The notes: a model not told the origin generated them from the letters alone. A stretch of DNA of 64,000 nucleotides from Lachnospiraceae bacterium (GCA_029012365.1 JAQXLY010000063.1:5139-69138), one strand, 5' to 3'; counted from the stretch's first letter, positions 45,736-54,029 are shown. Numbers and translations are program-made.

Positions 45736-46377
45736 ATGGAAAAGAATAAACTTGACAAAGAAATAATTTTAGGTGCTATTTTTGGAATAATTGCTATTAT
45801 AGCAATAATATGTGAGATGTCGCTTGGAGGTTTTTCAAAAGAGGCTATTGCCGGAGGAGTAAAAGATATTTCTGGAACGATAGTAGCTGTTCTTGTATTT
45901 ATCATTGCTGCAAGCGGAATTAGGAAGAAAAATGTAAAAGGGTTTGGTAATGTCTTTCGTACTGAAATGGATAAAGTAATTGCAAAATATGACCCGGCAA
46001 TTGTTGAAAACAAAGATGACAAAAAAGACAGCTTTTATCGTTGTGATATAGCATCAAAATTAGATTGTATTGGTGGTAATGCTTCGGGTGCATATCATTT
46101 GTTCTTTAGAGTAGATAATGAAAAAGAAGTAAAATCTATATCATTTAAGGTTACACAGACAGTATTTGGAGATTTTAAGGGAGAAGTTGCAGAATCAGTT
46201 ATTGCAAAGCTGCTTCTTATATACAGGGATTATATAGAGAAATCTTTTGTCAAAGGTGATGAAGTTGTAGTAGAGTTTAGCAAATCATTAAGTAGTGATG
46301 AGGAGGCTATTCTTTTGGCTAATATAGTTGACTGTGTATTGCTTGTATGCGTTGCAAAATACGGGGCAAAGAAATAA
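45736..46377 (+). CDS. hypothetical membrane protein (2 N-terminal TM helices plus a ~140-aa soluble domain)
   Basis: The ATG lies 3 nt after the upstream stop (a GTG at 45733 overlaps it). GGAGGG RBS sits inside the upstream gene. TM helices IILGAIFGIIAIIAIIC and GTIVAVLVFIIAASGI. Confidence 0.6.
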   Translation: MEKNKLDKEIILGAIFGIIAIIAIICEMSLGGFSKEAIAGGVKDISGTIVAVLVFIIAASGIRKKNVKGFGNVFRTEMDKVIAKYDPAIVENKDDKKDSFYRCDIASKLDCIGGNASGAYHLFFRVDNEKEVKSISFKVTQTVFGDFKGEVAESVIAKLLLIYRDYIEKSFVKGDEVVVEFSKSLSSDEEAILLANIVDCVLLVCVAKYGAKK

Positions 46378-47567
46378 TGAAGATTACTGTTCATAGAGGT
46401 CAAAACCAAATAGGTGGTTCTATTATAGAGGTTTCAACAGAATCAACTAGAGTGGTTTTTGATGTAGGTATTAATTTAGATGAACCAGAATGTGTGAAAA
46501 TTCCGGCTATCGAAGGATTGTTTCAAGGGGATCCGCTATATGATGCCGTTATAATATCACACTATCATTCTGACCATATTGGATTGCTTAACTATCTGCT
46601 TGGTGGAATTCCGATATATATTGGCAAACAAGCATTCTCTGTTGTTCAGGCAGCAAGTAGTTATACCAACCGTGAAATTATGTACGAGCCTCATTTGTTT
46701 GAGGAAAATGAAAGTATTGCGATTGGGGACTTGGCTATTTATCCGTATAGATGCGACCACAGTGCTTTGGATTCCTATATGTTCTTGATAACAGATGGGC
46801 AGAAAACAATTCTTTATACGGGGGATTTTAGAGCAAATGGTAGAATGGACTACCAGGAACTCTTGAATAAGTTACCTGCTGTAGATGCATTGATTGTCGA
46901 AGGAACTACACTAACAAGAGAGACTTATAAAAACAACATTGAGGAAGAAGAACTAGAAAATATTGCAATGTCTAAAATTAGAGATTATCCAGGACCTGTA
47001 TTTTTTATGACATCAGCAATGAATGTGGAGCGTATGGTTACTGCTTATAATATTGCACATAGAGATCATCGTTTGTTTTTGGAAGACCTTTATTCCGCAG
47101 AGATATTAAATGCTGTTGGTTTTAATACAGAAGAACGAAATGATATTAGAGTTTTTATGACTGGCGGGGATATGCAATATGAAATGCTACAAAAATATCC
47201 ATCAAGTAAAATTGGCAAGAAAGAAATATCTAAAACAAGATTTCTTATGTGTATAAGACCATCAATGAAAAATTATATAAGTAAGCTGAATGAATTAATG
47301 TCATTTGAGAATGGTATTTTGTTTTACAGTATGTGGAGAGGATATCAAGAGAAGGATGATATAAAGAATTTTTTAGATTATATGACTTCTTTAGGAGTTA
47401 GGATTCATGTATTACATACGAGTGGGCATGCAGATGTTGATACAATTGATAGGCTTATTAGGAAGGTATCTCCGGGGATGATTATTCCAGTTCATACGGA
47501 GAATCCAGGCTGGTATGAAAAGTATGATATTCCAGTTGAGTTGCATAATAATACGATAAACTTATAA
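46377..47567 (+). CDS. metallo-beta-lactamase fold hydrolase of the beta-CASP (RNase J / CPSF / SNM1-like) type
   Basis: TAATG start/stop overlap. Motifs in order: VFDVG, HYHSDH (HxHxDH), CDHS, TGDF, VEGT, HTSGHA and PVHTE, as in beta-CASP nucleases. Confidence 0.7.
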   Translation: MKITVHRGQNQIGGSIIEVSTESTRVVFDVGINLDEPECVKIPAIEGLFQGDPLYDAVIISHYHSDHIGLLNYLLGGIPIYIGKQAFSVVQAASSYTNREIMYEPHLFEENESIAIGDLAIYPYRCDHSALDSYMFLITDGQKTILYTGDFRANGRMDYQELLNKLPAVDALIVEGTTLTRETYKNNIEEEELENIAMSKIRDYPGPVFFMTSAMNVERMVTAYNIAHRDHRLFLEDLYSAEILNAVGFNTEERNDIRVFMTGGDMQYEMLQKYPSSKIGKKEISKTRFLMCIRPSMKNYISKLNELMSFENGILFYSMWRGYQEKDDIKNFLDYMTSLGVRIHVLHTSGHADVDTIDRLIRKVSPGMIIPVHTENPGWYEKYDIPVELHNNTINL

Positions 47568-47579
47568 AGGGGTGGCGTT

Positions 47580-47981
47580 GTGAAGGGAATGATAATAGTT
47601 GCACTTGTGATTATTGGCGTTATTGTGAGTGCGATATATACCTATTTGTTTCAACAAGTTTATACAGAGCGTTATGGCAGAAGAGGGTTGTCTTATGTTT
47701 TGGCAGCTATCTTGGCGACCGGTATAATGTGGTTCTCACTTGAATATGAAGTGCCAAGTGGATGGGAATATAAAGTGTCTTTAGCAATAATTATAGTATC
47801 GGCTCTGTTAAATCTGATCTGGATAATAAGAGGATTGCTTAAGCCGGATGTTCCTGTTGGAATGAAAATAAATGCTGCAGTTTCACAGATATTGTTGGTA
47901 ATAGGAATTGCAGGAATAATTTTTATAGCACTATTAGCTTTGTATGCTTTTGGTGGTGGGGGCAAGAGGAGGAAACGATAG
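47580..47981 (+). CDS. hypothetical small membrane protein (4 TM helices, basic GGGGKRRKR tail)
   Basis: GTG start 12 nt after the MBL gene's stop, with AAGGGGTGG upstream. Four clear hydrophobic segments. Confidence 0.6.
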   Translation: MKGMIIVALVIIGVIVSAIYTYLFQQVYTERYGRRGLSYVLAAILATGIMWFSLEYEVPSGWEYKVSLAIIIVSALLNLIWIIRGLLKPDVPVGMKINAAVSQILLVIGIAGIIFIALLALYAFGGGGKRRKR

Positions 47982-48088
47982 TGCTAGCCCGTTAAATTGT
48001 TATTTTATCGTTACAAAGGCAACAACAAATTTCAGTAAGCCGGAGAGTTTAACTGAGAGATGAATTTGAATTTGTATTGGAGAATCAG

Positions 48089-48619
48089 ATGAATAAATAT
48101 GTTGCGCTTTTAAGAGGAATTAATATCAGCGGAAAAAATAGAATAGATATGTCGGAATTGAAATCAGAACTTGAGGCAACAGGTTTTAGGGAGGTATCTG
48201 CTTATTTGAATAGCGGAAACATCGTGTTTGTTTCTGAAATGACTAATTGTAAACCGGTAATAGAGAACATTATTTTGCAAAAATTCAAGTTGGATATTCC
48301 TGTTTATCTAATTGAAATGGAAGAACTAAAAGATATACTGGCGCATTCGCCGATATGGTGGGATTCCGGGAGCAAAGATAAATACGATAATCTGATTTTT
48401 ATTTTGTCTTCCGATTCTGCCGAAGATATATCTGCTATTATCGGAAATCCATCTGACAATCTTGAAAGGGTTGAAATATACAAAAGTGTTATTTTCTGGA
48501 CATTTGAACGAAGTACATACCAAAAGTGTCACTGGTGGAAGAAGACTGCTGAAAACGGTATTGCTGAAAGACTCACTATTAGAACGGCAAATACCGTTAA
48601 GAAGATATTACAAAGATAA
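48089..48619 (+). CDS. DUF1697 domain-containing protein
   Basis: MNKYVALLRGINISGKNRIDMSELKSELEATGFREVSAYLNSGNIVF is typical of DUF1697. ATG at 48089 behind GGAGAA. Confidence 0.8.
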   Translation: MNKYVALLRGINISGKNRIDMSELKSELEATGFREVSAYLNSGNIVFVSEMTNCKPVIENIILQKFKLDIPVYLIEMEELKDILAHSPIWWDSGSKDKYDNLIFILSSDSAEDISAIIGNPSDNLERVEIYKSVIFWTFERSTYQKCHWWKKTAENGIAERLTIRTANTVKKILQR

Positions 48620-48709
48620 CTTTCAGTCTCAAAGCGAGATTGAAAGCGCGCGCTTATTTGAAATTTCACATTTGTTATAGATAAAATAGTTCAGAAAGGT
48701 TTTGTTTGT

Positions 48710-50092
48710 ATGGATCGAATTGAGTTAATCAGTCTACCCAACGGCATCCGGGTGGTATTAGAGCCTATGCCGTATGTAAAAACGGCAGCGTTTGGCGTTT
48801 TTGTAGGTGTCGGCTCCGTTTGTGAGACAAAAGAAAATAACGGTATCTCTCATATGATTGAACATATGCTTTTTAAGGGGACGGAAGACAGGAGTGCCAA
48901 GGAACTGGCAGATATTACGGCAAGGCTCGGTGATACGGTAAATGCCTATACCGGCAAGGAGTATACTGCATATTACGGAGTGACTATTGCTGAGGAACTG
49001 CCACGACTTATCGAAGTTCTTGCCGATATGTTGCAGCATTCCGTGTTTGACAGTAGAGCTCTTTCCAAGGAAAAGGGAGTTATCTGCGAAGAGATTGATA
49101 TGTATAATAATTCTCCGGATGATCTGGTTCACGAACTGGCACAGAAACGGGCATGGCAGGGGCATCCGCTCAGCTTTCAGATTTCCGGTACAAAGGGCGT
49201 GGTACGGGCAATGACAAGGGAAAAGATTCTGACCTACTACCGGAAGGAATACCGGCCGGAGCGGATGGTGCTTTCCGTCGCGGGAGCGTTTGATAAAAAC
49301 GAGATAATGGAGAGTCTGGAAAAGACGTTCTGCCCGGCAGGACAAAGTGTTTCGGCAAGCTTGAAAAAAGAAGGTCTTATGCCGGATGGCCGCTATCAAA
49401 AGTATTACGGCAATCAGGCAAAGAAGAGAGCCGGGCAGGAGGGTGTGCCGGTACAGGACAGGCAGCCGGCAGAGTATACGAGAAGCTTTTCCAAATCCGT
49501 GCAGGATACATCCCAGCTCCACATGAATCTGGTATTTCCGGGGATTTCCTATATGGATGAAAAACGGCATATAGCTACTGTATTCCAGTCGATATTCGGT
49601 GGCAGCAACAATTCTTTATTGTTTCAAAAGATTCGTGAGGAAGAAGGACTTGCTTACGCAGTATATTCCTATGGATGTCCGTATGCAAGGGAAGGACTGG
49701 TACATATTGATGCGGTAAGTGCTCCGAACCAGGCAGAAGCAGTATTTGACTACACTATGGAGGTATGTGAAAGTCTTCGGGAAACGGTAGTTTCGGAAGA
49801 AACTCTGGCAACTCATAAGGCGCTGATTCGTACCGAAGCGATTTTGTCAAAGGAAAGTGTGCAAAGCCGTATGGAAGGCAACGGAAGAAGCGTGCTTCTT
49901 CGCGGCAGGGTGATTCCTCAGGAGGAAGAACTGGTACGTATCGAGGCGGTAACGGCAGAGGAGGTAAAACAGTTTGCAAGACAGGTGCTTTGCACAGAAA
50001 AAATGAGTATTTGCCTGGTAGGTGAGATGGGAAGTGCCGGAAGGAGACTTCGGAGGAAGTTTGAACGTCTGGGAGGAAGAGCTATAAAATAA
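48710..50092 (+). CDS. M16 family (pitrilysin/insulinase-like) metallopeptidase
   Basis: Inverted zincin motif HMIEHMLFKGT, downstream E in VICEEI, two-domain length of 460 aa. Confidence 0.85.
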   Translation: MDRIELISLPNGIRVVLEPMPYVKTAAFGVFVGVGSVCETKENNGISHMIEHMLFKGTEDRSAKELADITARLGDTVNAYTGKEYTAYYGVTIAEELPRLIEVLADMLQHSVFDSRALSKEKGVICEEIDMYNNSPDDLVHELAQKRAWQGHPLSFQISGTKGVVRAMTREKILTYYRKEYRPERMVLSVAGAFDKNEIMESLEKTFCPAGQSVSASLKKEGLMPDGRYQKYYGNQAKKRAGQEGVPVQDRQPAEYTRSFSKSVQDTSQLHMNLVFPGISYMDEKRHIATVFQSIFGGSNNSLLFQKIREEEGLAYAVYSYGCPYAREGLVHIDAVSAPNQAEAVFDYTMEVCESLRETVVSEETLATHKALIRTEAILSKESVQSRMEGNGRSVLLRGRVIPQEEELVRIEAVTAEEVKQFARQVLCTEKMSICLVGEMGSAGRRLRRKFERLGGRAIK

Positions 50093-50223
50093 GGAAATTC
50101 TTTACATAAATATAAAAACATGCTAAAATATGCGTTGGAATAATGACGGAACCTTTGATAAGGAAGGAAAGACGGATGAGGGACGAATGCACAAAGGAAC
50201 CGTTTAAATGAAAGGAGATTTTT

Positions 50224-51501
50224 ATGAATTCTAATATCGAAACAAAATGTATCCATGAGGGCTGGAAGCCGAGTCAGGGTGAGCCGAGACAGCTTCCGAT
50301 TTATCAGAGCACTACCTTTAAGTATGATACCAGTGATGCTATGGGAAAGCTGTTTGACTTAGAGGCTGACGGATATTTTTACACAAGACTTCAGAACCCG
50401 ACCAATGATGCGGTTGCGGCGAAGATTTGCTCCATGGAGGGCGGTGTGGGCGCAATGCTTACATCCTCCGGTCAGGCTGCAAATTTCTTTGCAATTTTTA
50501 ATATTTGTGAAGCCGGAGACCACTTTATTGCGTCTTCTTCCATTTACGGCGGTACCTACAACTTGTTCGGTGTTACGATGAAGAAGATGGGAATTGAGTG
50601 TACCTTTGTGGACCAGGAACTTCCGGCAGAGGAACTGGAGAAATATTTCCGCCCGAATACAAAGGCGGTATTCGGTGAGACCATCACTAACCCGACGGTT
50701 TCGGTATTTGATTTCGAGAAGTTTGCAAAGCTGGCGCATGATCATGGTGTGCCGCTGATTGTAGACAATACCTTTGCTACTCCGGTAAATTGCAGACCGT
50801 TTGAGTGGGGAGCGGATATTGTAACCCATTCTACCACAAAATATATGGACGGACATGCAGTTTGTGTCGGCGGCTGTATCGTAGACAGCGGTAATTTTGA
50901 CTGGATGGCACATGCGGAGAAGTTTCCGGGACTTACCACTCCGGATGAGTCTTACCACGGTATTACGTATGCGGAACGCTTCGGTAAGGGAGCTTATATC
51001 ACAAAGGCAACCGTGCAGCTTATGAGAGACCTTGGTTCCATTCAGTCTCCGCAGAACGCATTCTATTTAAATCTCGGTCTTGAGTCCCTGCATCTTCGTA
51101 TGGAACGTCACTGCCAGAATGCACTTGCGGTTGCAAAGTTTTTACAGTCTCAGGAAAAGGTGGCATGGGTTCGCTTTGCAGACCTTGAGAACGACCCGTA
51201 TCACGACCTTGCAAAGAAGTACCTTCCGAAGGGTACCTGCGGTGTTCTTGCATTCGGTATTAAGGGCGGAAGAGAGAAGTCCATTAAGTTTATGGATTCT
51301 CTAAAATTTGCTTCTATTGTAACCCATGTAGCGGATGCAAAGACCTGTCTGCTCCACCCGGCAAGCCATACGCACCGTCAGATGACCGATGAGCAGCTGG
51401 CAGAGGCAGGTGTGGCAACGGATTTGATTCGTCTCTCCGTCGGTATCGAAAATGTAGAGGATTTGATTGCGGATCTTAAGCAGGCGTTGGATAAGATTTG
51501 A
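50224..51501 (+). CDS. metY: O-acetylhomoserine aminocarboxypropyltransferase / cysteine synthase (PLP-dependent)
   Basis: TRLQNPT, SSGQAA, and HSTTKYMDGH (PLP lysine), 425 aa. Confidence 0.9.
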   Translation: MNSNIETKCIHEGWKPSQGEPRQLPIYQSTTFKYDTSDAMGKLFDLEADGYFYTRLQNPTNDAVAAKICSMEGGVGAMLTSSGQAANFFAIFNICEAGDHFIASSSIYGGTYNLFGVTMKKMGIECTFVDQELPAEELEKYFRPNTKAVFGETITNPTVSVFDFEKFAKLAHDHGVPLIVDNTFATPVNCRPFEWGADIVTHSTTKYMDGHAVCVGGCIVDSGNFDWMAHAEKFPGLTTPDESYHGITYAERFGKGAYITKATVQLMRDLGSIQSPQNAFYLNLGLESLHLRMERHCQNALAVAKFLQSQEKVAWVRFADLENDPYHDLAKKYLPKGTCGVLAFGIKGGREKSIKFMDSLKFASIVTHVADAKTCLLHPASHTHRQMTDEQLAEAGVATDLIRLSVGIENVEDLIADLKQALDKI

Positions 51502-51547
51502 TGAAAAGAATTTTTTGATTCTGAAAGTAATGTAATGTTTATTCGTG

Positions 51548-51586
51548 AAGGTGCTGTGCATGAATGGAATGCGACAGCACCTTTTT
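51548..51586 (+). terminator. rho-independent terminator of metY
   Basis: Stem aaggtgctgt/acagcacctt followed by a T-run. Confidence 0.7.
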
Positions 51587-51598
51587 ACATAAAACACA

Positions 51599-51627
51599 TT
51601 GACAATCATTTATATGTGATATATAAA
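51599..51627 (+). promoter_or_regulatory. promoter for the ClpP-like gene
   Basis: TTGACA, 17 nt, TATAAA. Confidence 0.5.
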
Positions 51628-51703
51628 CTACTGCGGAAAACGGCTGATTAAGTCATTTTAAATCGGGGTATACTGTTAAAAAAAGAAGGGAAACAATAAC
51701 AGT

Positions 51704-52483
51704 ATGGAACAAAATGAAGAGAACAACATGAATCAGGCTTCGGGAGACAATAATAACGTAAATAAAGAGGAAAACAAATCTGCTGATGAGCAGAAGGAAA
51801 AGAGGGAATCCGATAAGCAAAGAGATGAGAAAATATCCGAGTACGGTCAGACCGTTTTGAATACCGAGGAACCGGGCAAGCGGATTCACCTGCTTTCAAT
51901 TATTGGGGAAATCGAGGGACATGAATGCTTAGCACAGAACATGAAAACTACGAAGTATGAGCATGTACTTCCGCAGCTGGCGCAGATAGAGGATGACAAA
52001 AGCATCGGAGGCCTTTTGATTCTTCTGAATACGGTAGGCGGTGATGTGGAAAGCGGTCTTGCAATCGCGGAGATGATAGCATCCCTTAGTAAGCCGACGG
52101 TTTCACTTGTACTTGGCGGCGGACATTCCATCGGAGTACCGTTAGCCGTATCCACGGATTATTCTTTTATTGTGCCTACCGGCACTATGATTGTACACCC
52201 GGTACGTATGAGCGGTATGGTAATCGGGGCACCCCAGACCTATGATTATTTCAGAAGAATTCAGGACAGGATTACCGGATTTGTGGCATCGCACAGCAGG
52301 GTAAAGAAAGAGCGTATTGAGGAGATGATGCTAAAGGAAGGAGAACTGACGAAGGATTTGGGCACCATTTTGGTGGGAGAGGATGCAGTAAGAGAAGGTT
52401 TTATTGATGAAGTGGGCGGTATTTGTGCAGCTATGAAAAAGATAAAAGAGATGATGGAATTATTTACTGAATCAATTTATTGA
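51704..52483 (+). CDS. ClpP-fold serine protease family protein (TepA-like)
   Basis: After a charged N/E/K-rich N-terminus: LLSIIGEIEGH...LLNTVGGDVESGLAIAEMI...GGGHSIG, resembling B. subtilis TepA. Confidence 0.75.
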   Translation: MEQNEENNMNQASGDNNNVNKEENKSADEQKEKRESDKQRDEKISEYGQTVLNTEEPGKRIHLLSIIGEIEGHECLAQNMKTTKYEHVLPQLAQIEDDKSIGGLLILLNTVGGDVESGLAIAEMIASLSKPTVSLVLGGGHSIGVPLAVSTDYSFIVPTGTMIVHPVRMSGMVIGAPQTYDYFRRIQDRITGFVASHSRVKKERIEEMMLKEGELTKDLGTILVGEDAVREGFIDEVGGICAAMKKIKEMMELFTESIY

Positions 52484-52544
52484 CGAGGAGAATGGAATAG
52501 GATATAATTGTCAACGGAAATACAGTTTTCTTTAGAGAAAGGGA

Positions 52545-53669
52545 ATGGATATGAGAAGGTATTTAAAAAAAAGCGGATGTGTGGCAATGCTTGTCTTTTG
52601 CGGTGTGCTTTGTATTGCCGGCTGCGGAAAGAAGGATGAGACAATGTCAGAACCGACAAAGCAAGTAGAGGCTACCCCTGAACCTACAGCAGAACCGACA
52701 GTCACGCCGGAACCGACGGCTACTCCTGGGTCGACAGCAACGCCGGAACCGACAGCTACGCCGGAGCCTACACCTACACCGGTGCCTGAGTATGCAAAGG
52801 ATGCATGGTTTGGTTTTGGAAACGGAGCTGATATGGAGAGTGTTGCAAATGAGGTTGAGATAAAGGCTCCTGCTGCGTATCAGTATAAAAAGAAGGACGT
52901 TACGTATGGGGAAATTGTGAAGACCAAGTATTATTCTACAACCTGTGAAAGAGATAAAAATGTAATTGTCCTGCTTCCTGCCGGGTATACGGAAGAAAAG
53001 AAATACCCGGTTACTTACATATTACACGGCGTATTCGGCGATGAGAAGTCAATGATTGGAGACGGAAACAGTGGTATCCGTATTATGGTAGGAAATATGA
53101 TTGAAAAGGGGATAGCTGAGGATATGATTTTAGTATTTCCGTATATGTATTCCAGTAAAACGCAGCCTGCTTGTACGGCAATTGACCATGAGAATATGGC
53201 AGCCTATGACAATTTTGTAAATGATATGTCAGATGATTTGATGCCGTTTATTGAGGAAAATTATTCCGTTGCTACCGGACGTGAGAATACTGCAGTGGTA
53301 GGCTTTTCCATGGGAGGACGCGAGTCTCTTTGTATCGGCTTTTCTCGTCCGGATTTGTTCGGATATGTAGGAGCGATTGCTCCGGCGCCTGGTCTTACTC
53401 CGGGAAAAGATATGTACCTGGACCATATCGGGACATTTAAGGAGGAGGAGCTTGCATTTGCAAACGAGAGCCCGTATCTGCTTATGATTTGCAGCGGAGA
53501 TAAGGACAGTGTGGTTGGTGAATTTCCGAAGAGCTATCACAATATCTTAACGAAAAATGAGGTGAATCATATCTGGTGGGAGATTCCGGGTTCTGACCAC
53601 GGAGACCCTGCAATTTCAAGCGGAATTTATAATTTCTGTAAGTCAGTTTTTAAAAATTTACAGGAATAA
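52545..53669 (+). CDS. alpha/beta hydrolase ('putative esterase' / esterase-D-like) lipoprotein
   Basis: Lipobox IAGC, a T/P/E-rich repeat linker, and a catalytic nucleophile elbow GFSMGG. Confidence 0.75.
   Translation: MDMRRYLKKSGCVAMLVFCGVLCIAGCGKKDETMSEPTKQVEATPEPTAEPTVTPEPTATPGSTATPEPTATPEPTPTPVPEYAKDAWFGFGNGADMESVANEVEIKAPAAYQYKKKDVTYGEIVKTKYYSTTCERDKNVIVLLPAGYTEEKKYPVTYILHGVFGDEKSMIGDGNSGIRIMVGNMIEKGIAEDMILVFPYMYSSKTQPACTAIDHENMAAYDNFVNDMSDDLMPFIEENYSVATGRENTAVVGFSMGGRESLCIGFSRPDLFGYVGAIAPAPGLTPGKDMYLDHIGTFKEEELAFANESPYLLMICSGDKDSVVGEFPKSYHNILTKNEVNHIWWEIPGSDHGDPAISSGIYNFCKSVFKNLQE
52681..52800 (+). repeat. imperfect tandem coding repeats (TPEPTA-type linker)
   Basis: EATPEPTAEPTVTPEPTATPGSTATPEPTATPEPTPTPVPE, with repeated ccggaaccgac units in the DNA. 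Confidence 0.7.
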
Positions 53670-53701
53670 TGCAAATAATGCATAAAATGTGAAAAAAAGG
53701 A

Positions 53702-53730
53702 TTGACAACTTAAAATTGAGACGATATAAT
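53702..53730 (+). promoter_or_regulatory. strong sigma-A-type promoter upstream of the leader ORF and ABC exporter genes
   Basis: TTGACA, 17 nt, TATAAT; both hexamers match the consensus exactly. Confidence 0.65.
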
Positions 53731-53794
53731 ACAACTGTTACATAAAAACGAAATCGGTGGATTCCGAAATATAAAAGAAAGAGAGGTAAGAACT

Positions 53795-53896
53795 ATGATA
53801 AACAAAGTAACAAACATAATGCATGTAAAAATTGAATATGGTTATATGAGTTTTGTGCAGAGAACATATGGTATTACCTCATCTTACCCGCAATAG
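53795..53896 (+). CDS. 33-codon leader ORF (MINKVTNIMHVKIEYGYMSFVQRTYGITSSYPQ), not in the supplied ORF track
   Basis: ATG 7 nt after AGAGAGGTAAG. Lies between a consensus promoter and an intrinsic terminator, upstream of the ABC exporter pair. Confidence 0.45.
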   Translation: MINKVTNIMHVKIEYGYMSFVQRTYGITSSYPQ

Positions 53897-53931
53897 AATG
53901 TCGTTCGGACAGTAAAATATGCGTATAAATG

Positions 53932-53966
53932 AGAACCCGTAGTGTGATGTGCTACGGGTTCTTTTA
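53932..53966 (+). terminator. intrinsic terminator/attenuator between the leader ORF and the ABC exporter genes
   Basis: 11-bp stem agaacccgtag/ctacgggttct followed by TTT, ~65 nt upstream of the ABC gene's ATG. Confidence 0.65.
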
Positions 53967-54029
53967 CGTGCATGCAAAGCTCAAATGAATTCTGCTGTTA
54001 GGGGAAGATGAAGGTATTTAGGAGGAGTT

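Noticed and set aside
50093-50223. Possible SAM (S-box) riboswitch upstream of metY
   Set aside because: Only a short interrupted helix is present (cggaacctttg ... caaaggaaccg, with a 2x2 A-A mismatch). The S-box core motifs, a terminator and RBS sequestration are all missing. At 130 nt the region is also short for SAM-I. A covariance-model scan could still be run.
52681-52800. Repeat arrays checked as possible CRISPR or other non-coding repeats (also 9213-9311 and 58600-58760)
   Set aside because: All lie inside well-supported ORFs. They encode low-complexity linkers (TPEPTA, GNGVxDVIDGV, the GT/K-rich FtsK N-terminus) and lack the spacer-repeat organisation of CRISPR. No CRISPR array was seen anywhere in the window.
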